64,000 nt of DNA from Callorhinchus milii (Eukaryota). Positions 34,292-47,965 of this stretch are shown one piece after another. The notes below the pieces were generated by a model. It saw nothing but the letters and a program-made list of their open reading frames with translations, made no database searches and was not told where the DNA came from. Position 1 is the first letter of the stretch. Every line of letters begins with the position of its first letter. The stretch lies in the NCBI RefSeq assembly GCF_018977255.1, contig NW_024704743.1, positions 110,548,001 to 110,612,000 on the forward strand. The letters are read 5' to 3'. The position numbers and the translations under genes are program-made.

Positions 34292-35712
34292 CTATATTTT
34301 GAACTATGCCCCCAATCCCGAGACACACTAATACACAAATACCCATGACTTAACCATGCTGGGTTTCAGTTTGCCACCCAGTGAACAGCACCCTTTGATT
34401 CAGGTGCAAGTTTCAACTGACCCCTTTTCCCCTTTGTTTTCACCATCCTTTGATGTCTGTAGATAGTATTGGAATCCTCCCCTTGGGACGGAATCTGCTC
34501 AAATCCTTTGCAGCTTTTAAAAAGGAATTAACAAATACTAGACACAAGAAAAATACAAAGCATTCAAGGAAGGGGCTGGAAGATGGACTAAATGGATATC
34601 TTTGTCAGAAAGTCAGAGCAGACATGATGGGCTAAATAGCTTCTTGCTGTGCTGAATATTTCTACAAATCTATGATTCAATTTAGAACACCTGAGCAGTA
34701 AGTAGGACACAGGGAAATAATTAAACTTGGGATGTTGCAAAGTACACAACCAACCCTCTTGTCCCAGTAGGTGACTTTTTTTTTTTGATGGTGTTTGATG
34801 GCACATTGTTATAATATTAATTGTCACTTCCCTGCCCAGGCTGAGCACTCAATTTTCCACTAACCGACCCTCAGCCCCACTTAAGCCACCATGCTTTGTC
34901 GCCACAAAATATACAGTAAATTTGCTTTACAGCAGATTCTGTGAAGCGCTTTGAGACATCTCAATGACGTGATGAGGCGCTATATCAAATGCAAGGATTA
35001 TTATTATTATTTTTCCTGCCTATACTATAGTTGTTTTAACATTGCACAAAATGCCAGGGGCGAATTGTTTTGCTATTTACTATGTGATATGCTGCTTATC
35101 GGAACCTCCTGGCCACGCCATTGTACTTGCATTGTTTTCTCCCCGAGTCTGTAGAGATTCCCACCACATTTATCCTTGAGGGAGAATCTGCAATCATTAG
35201 CCATTCTGTCGATATTCACACCACATTTATCACTAAGTGCAAAATCTGCAATCACAACACATCCTTGCACTTTCTAACACAATCCATTTTAACTTAGCTT
35301 GAAATAATATAGCGAAGTTGGAGGTTCAAAGTGATTTTAATCTGCTGTGTGTATTGAATATCAGTGCAACTTATTGTATGTCAGCACACTACAATCAATG
35401 TGTTCTTTGACAATGTGTTCTTATACCGGCTTTGAGAAGGGAACAATTTGCATTTTTTATAGCTCTTTTTATTTCTCACATCAAAACATCTCGGATTTAT
35501 TCACAAGTAATTGTTGTCCGGTGCAGGGACAGCTAATGTCGTTGGGTTGAAAACTCCTGCAAAACTGTGGTGTGATCCACAATGCAAAAAAAAAGCTCAC
35601 TATTTGAGTTTCTGGCAGCTGAACTATTTCTGTTGTCAGACACTACTGTTACTAACAGGTGTTGCTATTCTTGGTTACCAGACTACAGTGATAATTGTTT
35701 TCTCTTTCACTT

Positions 35713-36415
35713 ATAATAATAATAATAATCCTTGCATTTAATATAGCTCCTTATCTCAGCGTCGAGACATCTCAAAGAACTTCACAGAATATTTTGTAAA
35801 GTGGATTGATTGTGTATTTTGTGGGCAAAACCTGGCAGCCAATTGCGCACAGAAGTGCTCCATAAACAGTCATGGATTGAGTGACCAAATTATTTTTATT
35901 TTTTTAAAGGGATTATTCCCCCCAGAAAAGCCATCCGCCAATCGACTAACAACTGGCTTCCTACTTACTTGGAGTCCTGTAGCTCAGTGGTTAGAGCACT
36001 CGCTTTGCAAGTGAGAGACCTGTGTTCAATTCCAGGCAGGGCGAAACCTTGGGCAAGTTTCCTAACTCCACACGCCTAATAATAATCCCTCCAAAACAAA
36101 AAAAACAATAATAAATTGGTCATTTTCAATCTACGACTGTTTGTGGGACATTGCTGTGCGCAATTGGCTGCCGCGTTTGCCCACAAATATACAGTCAATT
36201 CACTTTACAGTCTATTCTGTGAAGCGCTTTGGGATGTCCTCCCGACGTGAAAAGCGCTATATCAAATGCAAGGATTATTATTATTATTATTATTACTGCT
36301 AGTAAACAGAAGCATGTGGAGTAAGGAAACTTACCAAAGTTTTGCCCTGCCCGGTCGAACGCAAGTCCTCTCACTTGCAAGGTGAATGCTCTAACCAATA
36401 TGCTACAGGACTCCA
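35713..36415. mobile_element. Nested SINEs: + strand copy (35971-36295) inside a - strand copy
   Basis: Outer consensus cctacttact|gctag is split, with short ttact duplication. Confidence 0.9.
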
Positions 36416-36644
36416 CAATTTACCTGCATACTCGTGACACCTTACATTTTGCATGGACACAGAACATTTTTCCATTGTTTTTCCTAATTGGCTGCCACAT
36501 GAATAAGGCCAGTGCAACTGAGGAAAATCATTACCTCCATTTAGGAAGCAGTCAATCATGCAAAAAAACAATGTGAAAGGTTCTGCTGATCCCCAATTAA
36601 CTTGTGAAACAAAAACCTTGAGTAGAAAGGCCACTATTTTGGGA

Positions 36645-37130
36645 TTCGGTCTGACTCAGTTGGTCACACTCTCACCTCTGATTCAGAAGGTTGTGTGTTC
36701 AAATCCCATGTAGGAACTTGGAACTCTAACCTGACTCTCCACTGCAATGCTGGGGAAGTGCAACATTGTCAGGGGCACAGCAACAACAACAAAATTATAT
36801 TTCCATAGCATCTTTCACATTGGGAGGACGTCCCAAGGCATTGGCATCATCCTTTGGATGAGATATTAAACTGAGGTTGCGTTTGCCTGTTCAGATCAAC
36901 GTTAAATATCCTGTGGCATTATTCGAAAAGAGAAGGGAGTGTCTGGCAAGCAATCCCCAAATAAAAGTGGTCATTCCCTTCAAGGCTGTTTGGAGGTTCT
37001 TGCTGTGCATGAATTGGCTACCGTGTTCCTCTACAAATACACAGTCACTACGCTTTACAGTATGTCCTATGAAGTGCCTTGAGATGCCCTCCTGATGTAA
37101 AAGTGACTATATCACATATAAGGTTATTAC
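36645..37130 (+). mobile_element. Old DeuSINE-like element
   Basis: ctcacctctgattcagaaggttgtgtgttc head; gttcagatcaacgttaaatatcctgtggc core. Confidence 0.6.
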
Positions 37131-38574
37131 AATTAGTATATTTTTATGTCAGCTGTTATGCCACCACTCAACCACCTTTCATAGTGCATTCAGTAACACT
37201 GCATGAACTCACCCATACACAACCTTTACTCTAATTTCTCAACACCGCCCTCTGAATCACATGGTTTCAGTTCACACAACAGCAGGCATTGTTTTATGAA
37301 GCCAACAACCAGAGAAGAGGAGAATGACCTTCAGGCCACATTTACCCAGTGACATATTTGCTGCCAAGTGAACTATCACATCAGCCAAGTGTGGGCAGTG
37401 TACTCTTTCACTTTGATTTTACTTACTGAACTAAAATGAAAATGTGTGAAAGTTTATTCCTAAACATAGACATTTTTTCCAAAGACTTTTTGAAGCTGAA
37501 TGGTACCCTGTGACAATGCCTTTGCACTTTGGCTCAGCAGGCACTTGCCTGTTGCATATCCCCTACCTACTAGTTCCACCATCGACAGTTGAGCTTTCAG
37601 CCAATCTACTCCCACTCTCGCTTTCCTCACCTCCTTCAAGGTCTGTTGTAAGACCTTCCTCTTTGACTGTGACTTCAGTCATCTTTCCCCTCCCTAGTTC
37701 AGGTGCCAAGCCAGCACTGCCATGGGACGTCCTCCAGACATGAAAGACGCTATATAAATGTCAATTTGTATTGTGCTACGAAAGAGGAATAAACACAAAG
37801 GGACAGATAAATAGACAACAGACCTTTCAAACCTCAAATAATAGAAAGAGACAGATATAGGAGGGAGGGTCTGCTTAAAACTTAAGTGTTTGAAGAGTAT
37901 TTAGAGCAGTGTAACCTGATGCTACCAATGTAATTTTCAGATGAGTATTAATAAAAATTTTACTCATTTAAAACAAAACCTGTCTTTTTTGACCTGATAG
38001 CAGCATAATTATACAGCCTGCTGGAGTCCTTCTGTATTTAGATAAAGAATATTAATTTGGAGCACATTATAAAGTACACAAGACAGCAGTATCCTTCATA
38101 TAGTAGTTTGACTTTTTTTAATCTAAAAAAGGTTTTCTTTTTTAATCCTTTTCAGAAATAAATATTCACATATACAGTATATTGATCAACATCGTTGATA
38201 CATCAATGTATCATTTGATACAATATCATTGGTACATCAAGGTATTTGTTTTGATCAGCCTGGTGTCTGACATATGCAGGAACCCAACACTGTGTTTAAG
38301 AATATCGAAACCGGACTGAGAGTTCCAGGAAGTTATGCTGCCAATGCATGGAAGTTTCCTTGTTTCTGTAATCCAATGCACACTTCCTCCCTGGAGGGAC
38401 AAACCATGCTTACCTAAATCCAGAGAGTATTAGGAACAGGTTGGGAATCAGTTCTAAAAAACTGGCTTCCAAATTCAGACAGATTTGAAGAATTCTCCGC
38501 AATTCAGGACCATCTTAAAATGCTGAGATTAAATCATTTTATTGGCTAAGACCAGATGGAATTTTAATTATCAA

Positions 38575-38930
38575 TAATAATAATCCTTGCATTTGATATA
38601 GCGCTTTTCACGTTTTCTAGACGTCTCTAAGCGCTTCACAGAATATACTGTAAAGTGAATTGACTATATATTTTGTGGGCGAAACGCGGCAGCCAATTGC
38701 CCACAGCAGTGTCCCACAAACAATTGTGGATTAAAGTGACCAATTTATTAATTTTTTTTGAAGGAATTATTACCCCGGAAAAGCGATCCACCAATCGCCT
38801 AACAACCAGGTTCCTACTTACTGCTAGGTAAACAGAGGCGTGTGGAGTAAGGAAATTTGCCCAACATTTCGCCCTGCCAGGAATCAAACCCAAGTCTCTC
38901 GCTTGCGAGGCGAGTGCTCTAACCACTGAA
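38575..38930 (-). mobile_element. tRNA-derived SINE (long subtype)
   Basis: Head, body and tail present. Confidence 0.9.
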
Positions 38931-39454
38931 CTATATTTTGGACCTACTACATTGAGAACTGTTGTTGTTGAGGAATAGTTTCTATTTCAGGGTCCAATCT
39001 GTACTGCATTAATCAATTTTGGAATAATGCACGTTGAGAAAATTCACACCCAGTTAAACACAGGTTTATTGTTTGCATAGGGGCACAATCTATCCGTATA
39101 CTGTAGTTAGCTCACAGACATGTGAAGGAGGTCTGGTTCACAGGGGACAAAAGAGCTAGTCAGAATCCCAAAGAGAAACAGTACTCCTAAAATGGACAAA
39201 AAGTGCAGCAGCTGCTATATAAACGCAGGCTGTTTGTCCTAGACTTATCTATTGAGATAGATAAATAAGCATGGACCACAGTGCCTCAGTGTCAGTGTTT
39301 TAGCAGGCAAACATTTCCAGTGTGTTGTAACACAAACTTTTACCTCAAATGAACTTTACCCCAAATGTTACAAATGGCCCCCATCAGTTGTTGTTGTTCT
39401 AATGCAACGTTTGCCAAAGATCAATGTATTGTGTGCACAACCAGGAGAAGTCTT

Positions 39455-39793
39455 TAATAATAATAATAATCCTTGCATTTGATATAGCGCTTTTCACGTT
39501 GGGAGGACGTCCCAAAGCGCTTCACAGAACACACTGTAAAGTGAATTGACTGTATATTTGTGGGCGAACGCGGCAGCCAATTGCACACAGCAATGTCCCA
39601 CAAACGGTCGTAGATTGAAAATGACCAATTTATTATTGTTTTGGGTTTTGGAGGGATTATTATTAGGCGTGTGGAGTATGGAAACTTGCCCAAGGTTTCG
39701 CCCTGCCTGGAATTGAACTCAGGTCTCTCGCTTGCAAAGCGAGTGCTCTAACCACTGAGCTACAGGACTCCAACCACTGAGCTACAGGACTCC
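39455..39793 (-). mobile_element. Full-length SINE with tandemly duplicated 22-bp 5' end
   Basis: aaccactgagctacaggactcc occurs twice in tandem (39750-39793). Confidence 0.9.
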
Positions 39794-41529
39794 TTTGTAA
39801 AGGCAGGGCACATTCCACACAGTGCAAAAGGCCTCTCTGGTCAACGTTACATTGCCAGCCCATTGCCATGAACTGCTTAAGCTCTGCAAAGAAAAATCTT
39901 TGAAGCACATGTTAATTGCAAATTTCACTGCTGAGTACAATCCTATATCACAGACTGGAGGGATATAATCATAACATTGCATTTGGACTGCATTTGGGCA
40001 GGTAGATAACCAGCAGCTGTCTGCAGTGATGCCCTCAACGACAGCACCTTTGTGTACAAAGCTGTCCTGAAATCTTCCATAGTTGCCGTTGATGCCAGTC
40101 TCACTATAGCCTGCATCCTTTGAGGTGGCATACAGGTGCAATGCTGTGTAGACAGCAATACCATTTGTGTGGGCGAACACATAATATTACAGGGCCCTTG
40201 TCACCCTATTATTTCTGTAAGTACTGAATCAATACCTTAAATTTTAGCTTTGAATAGTTTTGAACAGTACAGAATTCTGTTGTGTACAGGTGTAACCATT
40301 GGGCAATAATCCCACTCAGAAGCAATATTTACATGCTCCTGTTGTGTAAACCTAATTTCTATAGTCTGCTTTAGAAAAACGTGTTCACCAATATTAAGTT
40401 CAGCACTCTACAACACACCTGTACTGAAACCTTTTACATAGACATTCCTTCATATCTTGACACTCTCCTTAATAACAGTTTCCTGATTTCACCCCCACCC
40501 TTCCCCACATCTAAAAATTCCTAACTAGGAGGAGTTAATTAGATCTTTTCTCAATATTTGTCGAGTTTCTTATGCTCTCTTACCAAATAGAAAACAAGCA
40601 TATGTGTGTATTAAAGAGTGATTTATTATGTTATGCAGGTCTCTTATGTTTTGAAAGCCTCACTTGCTCAGCTGAAACTTAACTCTGAGTTGCACTCTAC
40701 TCTAGAAAAACTCACAACATTATCTTTAGAAGAATTCTGCTGCTAAGGACAAGAGACTAAATCAGTTGTAATGATTCAAGACCTTTTACAAAATCTGATA
40801 ACACTGCAGTCACCACCCATGTATGCTGTATTTCTTTGCATTACGTTTTACTGGAGATTTATTAGACCACGTGTGTGGTTCTGCAATGTAAATAATAAAT
40901 GGCAGATTGTGCAATTAATAAAACGTTTGATGTACTGTATTACTATTGTTTCTTTCCATAAAAAAAACTCTCCTTACCCTGTTTCATTTATAAGCCAGTT
41001 TAGAAGGGTTGGACACATTCTACCACCAAGGTTAGTAGATTTCGCCCACAAATATACAGTCAATTCACTTTACAGTCTATTCTGTGAAGCACTTTGAGAC
41101 GTCGAGAAGATGTGAAAAGCGCTATACCAAATGCAAGGATTACTATTATTATTATTATTTATTCATGATTGCAGAAGTCTTTTATAACTCTGTGAATGCA
41201 ATTCCAGTTTTCTGCAAGTCTAAATAAATGTCATGCACTATATAAACAGAATTCCATTGTTATCTTATTCATCATTAATTTTCTTTAAAGAACCCCACGT
41301 ATGGAAATTTACCCAATGCAATGCGTAGAGGCTCAGATGATAAAGATTGCAGAAGTGTAACTCCAAGAGATTATAATCAACTGAACCACTAACACACTCC
41401 TGCCTGGGTTGTCCTGTGTAACAATGAACATCTACCTTCACCCACAAAAACACAATCACCTCACTTTATACAGTATATCCTGAGAAGCACTTTAGGATAT
41501 CTTCCTGAAATGAAAGGCACTATATCAAA

Positions 41530-41845
41530 TAGAATAACAGAATCACAGAATTGTATAGCACAGAAGGAGGCTATCGGCCCATCGTGCCTATGTCAGCTTT
41601 TAGAAAGAGCTATCCAACTAGTCCCACCACTGCACTCTTACCCCATAGCCCTGCAAATTTTCGTTTTTCAAATACTTTCAAATTTCCTTTCGAAAACTAC
41701 TATTGAATCTGCTTCCACCACTCTTTCAGACAATGCATTCCAGAACGTAACAATTCGCTGGGTAAAAAAAATTCTCCTCGTCTCCCCTCTGGTTCTTTTG
41801 TCAATTATCTTAAATCTATGTCCTCTCATTGCCGACCCACCCACC
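41530..41845 (-). mobile_element. CR1 3' fragment inserted in an old SINE tail
   Basis: RGHRFKI...FFTQRIV.FWNAL; flanks read cactatatcaaat...aaatgcaagaattattat. Confidence 0.85.
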
Positions 41846-42999
41846 AAATGCAAGAATTATTATTATCTGATCAATGTAAAAAACTGCAAAATTCAAATGG
41901 ACAACAGGCTCCACAGCCATAACTCAAACTGTAATTACTCATTGGATAAACTTACTGAGTCATGGGGGAACCTTTTTATTTGTTTTACCCACAACTGATC
42001 TTCATTTTTTAAAATTTATTTTCACTTTGTCTTTTATCATTTCAGACACAAGAACGGGGCTAGTAAATAGTTGCACATATAGCAGATGAAAAGTCAACAT
42101 TTACAGCAGAAACATGGCTCAAAAAAATTTAACATAAACACAGGTCTTACCAAGTAATAGCAGGCAATATGAATTCTAGACACGAACGCCTTACAAGTAA
42201 AATACTGTACGTAGGCAATTTGCAATCTACCCTATTCAACAAATATCAGCCATCCATAAAATGCATACAGTCACATCACTTTACAGTATCTCCTGTGAAA
42301 TATTTTAAGATGTCTCAATGATGTGATGAGGTGCTATATCAAATGCAAGGATTATTTTTCATATATTCATTTTGCTGAGTGCATGCACACTATTTTTATA
42401 CCTTCTTAAATACTGCTCAATTACATTGAATTATACCTCAGTGCTTGTATAATTGCGTTATAATATTGTTGTACCAGTGTTTGTTACGGTACATTCCTGC
42501 ACCATAACTAGCATTTGTGTCTGTGAAAAGAAATGTGTCACTGGGGTTTCTGAACTGAGGATAGTGAGGAAAACAGGAGTTTTCTAATAGGGCTGAGAGG
42601 AGAATAATCAGCCAATTCAGAGACCGGGCAGCGTTGATCGATTTGTTACATAAAAGTAACCTCTTAATGGCTTTCTTATAAAGGAGATGTCACTGATGAT
42701 CAGACACTATGCTGTACTGTATTCTGCCTTGACATTAACTTCCTGGTAATTGATGGTCGCAACAAGCAGCTCTTTCTGGTTCTATATAAAAGAATGCAGA
42801 GTGTACATCAGGAGACTTCAGGGCTTTAAAACATGTGCAGAGTACCTCTTGAACGAAAAAACAACTACTTGTCATCTGACTGGTCTGCTACTCGGTCCTT
42901 CTGTCCCACCATCAGTTATCCATCCTTTAGCCACGATGTCCTCTTGACCCCAAATCCCGACCACCTGGTTTCCCTGCCTCTTAAAAATCCTCTTAGAAT

Positions 43000-43365
43000 A
43001 ATATAATAATCGTTGCTTTTGATACAGCGCCATATCATGTCTTCAAGACGTCTCAAAGCACTTCAAAGAATATACTGTAAAGTGAATTGACTCTGTATTT
43101 TGTGGGCAAACCGCGGCAGCCAAATGCACACAGCAGTGTCCCATAAACAGTCATGTATTTATTATTATTATTTTGTAGGGATTATTACGCTTGGAAAAGC
43201 GACCTGCCAATTGACTAACAACTGGGTTCCTACTTACTGCTAGGTAAACAGAGGAGTGTGGAGTAAGGAAACTTGCCCAACATTTCGCTCTGCCTGCCCT
43301 GGGCATGAAACTCAGGTCCTATCGCTTGCGAGGCAAGTGCTCTAATCATTACTCTACAGGCCTCC
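43000..43365 (-). mobile_element. tRNA-derived SINE (long subtype, diverged)
   Basis: Head, body and tail recognisable. Confidence 0.8.
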
Positions 43366-45699
43366 TCTTAATTCCCTACCCATCTCCTCTTGAATAGTGC
43401 CATAGAATTTATAATATCCACATGAATAGGCAGGGAGAATCTCGATTTAACATCTCATCTGAAGGACAGCACCTCTGACAATTCAGTACATCCCCCGGCA
43501 TTGTATTGGAGTGTCACCTTAGACTATGTGTTCAAAATCCCAATAACAGAGGTTTCTGTACATGCACCAACAAACGCAAAACAGGCCAGAATCACAGACA
43601 AAACAGGTCTCAATCACAGACAAAACTTATCACAATCATACATGAGAATCACTGCCATATTATCTCTGTAGCCACAACTGAAACTCACTTTAAAAGATCT
43701 ACTTTAATTCAAATCTTTTATTGCAAAAAGGATTCAAAATGGCCACCAAAAGGCTAAAGATATTGCATGCTCATTCTAAACCTGTACCTATTAATTTATT
43801 CTTCAGCCCCAGGCTGATCATTTAGAAGTTACTGTACTACCATTCCATCATTTTAAATGGTATGATTTTCTGTCATTAGAGGGATTTTGGAAAACGTAAT
43901 CTTCTGGCTCCCTGTTGTGCAAACGAAATTACTGGGCGCAGCTCATAATACAGAGAGAATTCTTTCCAACCAATATTCTAAGGATTTTATAAACTGGACA
44001 AGAATGCTTCCCAGTCTTTTCACTAATCCCAATAATTTTGCACAGCTTCTTGACATCCCCCCAAAACAACACAACTCTGTCTCGTTTGGTTTTCAAGTGC
44101 AGTACGACAAAGTCTGTGAGCAGAAATGCGGTTGCTTGGTGACATAATTTGCTGTATCTTTAACTGGATGCTCTGCCATTGTTCATGGTGCAAGTGTCCA
44201 GAGATGTAATATTCTGATGGTCAGTCAATATAGCAACTTGCCAGTCAAGTTAGTACATTTACAAGCTTTGCCTACATAGCAATACAAAGTGGAAGATTGT
44301 TATTTATTTCTAGACCCATTCATCTCTTCTGTGATTGTATCATTAATAATAAAAATCCTTGCATTTGACCTAGCACATCAAAACATCTCAAAGTGCTTCA
44401 CAGGATTTACTGTAAAGTGTAGTTACTGGGTATTTTGTAGGTGGACACAGCAGCCAACTAGCTCACAAACAGCCGTGAAGTGAATGACCTGTTTTAAAGT
44501 GCGATGCGATGTCCATCAGGACCTGCATTGTTGGAGGTGCCACCCTTCGGATGAGAAGGACGGCATCTCCAACAATGTAGCGCTACCCAAACATTGCATT
44601 GGAGCATCACCCTGATTTATTCTCTTGGTTATATTCACTCCTGATCTAGATTTACTCCTAAATTCAAATTGTTTATCTGATTATATCTTTGTTGTTTGTG
44701 GGAGATTGCAGGCACAAATTAGCTGCTACATTTCACTTCATTTTTGAATCAATCTTCTTTCGGAAAAGGCCTTCCAGACCTTTATTTTATTCGAAAAGTG
44801 TTATACAAGTGCAATTTGTTGAAAGTTGGCATTGCAGAGTTATAATGAGGTTTTCGTATTTTAAACTTATCTTGACCAAAGTCCATAAATATACTGACAA
44901 GTGTGGTATCACTCCCCAAGAATCTCTCAGTACATCTGATGCTCTATTTATACAGTACTTCTGTTGCAGAAACTGCTTCAAAGGTAATGGTGTAATCTTG
45001 CCTGAGACTCTCAACGCATGGAAACCATTGCCAGATAAATATTAGAACACTAGAATAATAGAACAGTAGACAACATTTTTTTATTCGTCAGCGGGTGTCT
45101 GACACAGGCAGAAACTCATCATCGTGCTTAAGAGTATTTAAACCAAACTGAGAGTTACATGCATGCACACCTACACAAGAAATTCCAGAAATATTTTTTG
45201 GAATGGAATGTGCACTCTTTCCCTGGAGGGATGCATCCTGCTTACCTAATTCCAGCAAGTATTAGGCGCAGGTTGGCAAGAGCCAAGGCTTGGGGACCTC
45301 AGAGTGTGTGTTGGAGTACTGCTGGAGTCTAACCAGCTAAAACCGCCTTGTTTGTCTGGCAAGCTTTCCTGATGCTTGTCCACCCTACCAGTTAGAGCAT
45401 TGGCTTGCAAAGTTAATGTGAACTGAGTGAGAAGAGTCCTTGCCCCCAGTGATTGGTCTGCCCTTCCAAGTCCTGGAAATGAGCCAGACTGGCTGTGCTG
45501 TCATCAGCAGTGCTCTGGAATACTACAGATCCATCTGACCCAAGAACTGGACTACCAAGACCACCACAGAGGATTGGCTTAATTCTGACATTTCAGTGAG
45601 ATTCTTAGAAGGTTCAAGATTACAAATGTCTCTCCAGGTTGATCTATACAGAGTAAATTTTCATGTTTCAATAAATTTCATGAAAATACATTAGAATAC

Positions 45700-46390
45700 A
45701 TTAGATTACATTAGAATATACAGCACAGAAACAGCCATTTAGCCCAACTGGTCTATCCTGGTGTTTATGCTCCTCCTGCCCTTCCTCAGCTAAGCCTTCA
45801 AGCATAACCTTCTATTCCTTTCTCCCTCATGTACCTATCCAGCTTTCCCTTAAATACATCTATGCTATTTGACTCAACAACTCCTTGTGGTAGCATGTTC
45901 CACATTCCAACTACTCTCTGTGTAAAGAAATTTCTTCTAACTTCTCTATTTGATCTATTTGTGACTGTTTTACATTGCTAGCCCCTGGTTTTGGTCTCCC
46001 CCACGTGGAAACATTTTCCCTATGTCTACCCTATCAAAACCTTTCAGAATTTTAAAGACCTCCATCATGTCACCCTTTACCCTCCTCTTTTCAAGAGAAT
46101 AAGTCCAAGTATGTTCAGCCTTTCCTGATAGGTATAACTGCTCAGTTTTGGGATCATCTTTATGAATCTCTTTTGCATCCTCTCCAGTGCCTCTACATCC
46201 TTTCTATAATGTGGGGAACAGAACTGCACACAGTATTCTAAGTGTGGTCTAACCAAGGTTCTATAGGAGGTTTACTATAAATTCGCTGCTTTTCTTTACA
46301 TCCCTCTAGAAATTAACCCTGATGCCTGGTTTGCTTTTTTTATAGCCTTATTAACCTGCGTTGCTACTTTTAGTGAATTGTGTATGTGCA
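45700..46390 (-). mobile_element. CR1 3' fragment (older subfamily)
   Basis: LKVATQVNKAIKKANQASGLISRG; 3' UTR motif. Confidence 0.82.
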
Positions 46391-47114
46391 TGCATGCTCC
46401 CTGCACGCTTCCTGGTGAGCAAAACAGCTCAGCATGAAATATGTGAGAGCATTGCCACCATCTTCCCACCACAGCCACATATCCTTTCCCATTGCAGTAC
46501 AAAACTCTCTGTGTAAGACCTCTGCTGCCTCATCTGAATGCAACTTGGTATAATTTTACAAACTGTCAATGTAAGATCGAGTGCAGCAATATGCTCACAC
46601 GGAGCAAGTTATAAAATGCTGCAGATTTCACACCGTAAGGCATTACATATGATTTGCCATGATTTCTAGTTTCTCTTGTACCTCCTCGTATTTCTCACTG
46701 CATTTGTTGCACAGCCGACATGACTTAATGTGGTCTAAGGAATGCCAGACATTCTCACAGTGGATTTCTGAAAAGGGTCTTTCATTACACTTGTGACAGC
46801 TGTTTTTCACAGTGTTTGGCCTGTAATTCCAGCAAAAGCAATAAATTACTCCCACTGAAGTGCAATTATAAATGACTTAGAAATGACTGCCCTTTTTAAG
46901 TTTGTTCCAATCAACCGTTTCTTAAAGTAACTCTTGTGATGATTGTTGATGATTCTAATTTGTTATGGTCAGCTTGGTATCTGGTACATGGTTAAGAATG
47001 TCCAAACCAGACTGACAGTATGCCATCTGCGCATGGAATTCTCCTTGGGTCTGACATGAAATGTGTTTTTTATCTGGAGGGACGCACTCTGCTTACCTAA
47101 TTCAGGAGAGTATT

Positions 47115-47460
47115 TGGTGCTGGTTAGGATGCGGGCAGCAGAGTTTAGGATCAGCTGGAACTTATGGATGGCGGAACTAGAGAGACCGCTGAGGGGTACG
47201 TTCGGCAAAATCTAGTTGAGAGGCAACAACTGTGTAAATGAGAGCTTCAGAGGCATTTGGTGTGAGGTAGGGGCATTGGCGAGCAATGCAGCAAACGTGA
47301 AGAAACGTAATCTTGGTCAGGGACTGAACAAGAGACAAGGAGGCTCGAACAAGGTTACCCACCGGTTCAGTGAGTTTGAGAGAGAGAGGCCCAGTGAGAT
47401 TGAGGAGTCAGAACCATTGATCGGAGCCAAGAAGGATGGTTTCCGACTTGTACATCTTAG
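47115..47460 (-). mobile_element. L2 fragment
   Basis: HKFQLILNSAARILT; EALIYTVVASQLDF. Confidence 0.7.
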
Positions 47461-47769
47461 ATAATAGCAGTGAAATCACAAAGAATAGGCAACTCCAAAG
47501 TTGCCTGAAGATCAGGGCTCTGTTGTTATTATAAGCCGGAGACTTTTAAAAAAAATTGTGTGTATCATCGAAATCCCTATGCAATGATATAATTTACCAC
47601 AGGCTGTCTACAGAGGTTCAGAAGCAGTGTGAATGCACTAGCTCCACTTTCACTCCAGGACTGTGGAACCACAATATAAAAGTGGTGTAAGGAGGTCAGA
47701 GCCAGAAGTAAGGAGATAGTAGCAGGAACCAAGGAGGATGTCTTTCGACTTCCAACTTGTCCATCTTAA

Positions 47770-47965
47770 ATAACAGCCTGTTGAACACATTTACTACTCG
47801 CTCACTGAAGTAGTGTTTCCGCAGATTTGTTCGGAATTTACTCCACTTCAATCGCAGGTCGCGTGCACTGGTTTTACTGTTCAGTACAAGATAAAACAAC
47901 TTCTCATGGTTTATATTATCTATTCCCTTAAGAATCGTAAGGACTGTAATCATATCTCGATGCTG
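47770..47965 (-). mobile_element. Ancient CR1 3' fragment
   Basis: RDMITVLTILKG...FRTNLRKHYFSERVVNVFNRL. Confidence 0.75.

Noticed and set aside
39782..40182. 132-aa minus-strand ORF in unique DNA
   Set aside because: No recognisable motif, non-ATG start, no convincing splice sites
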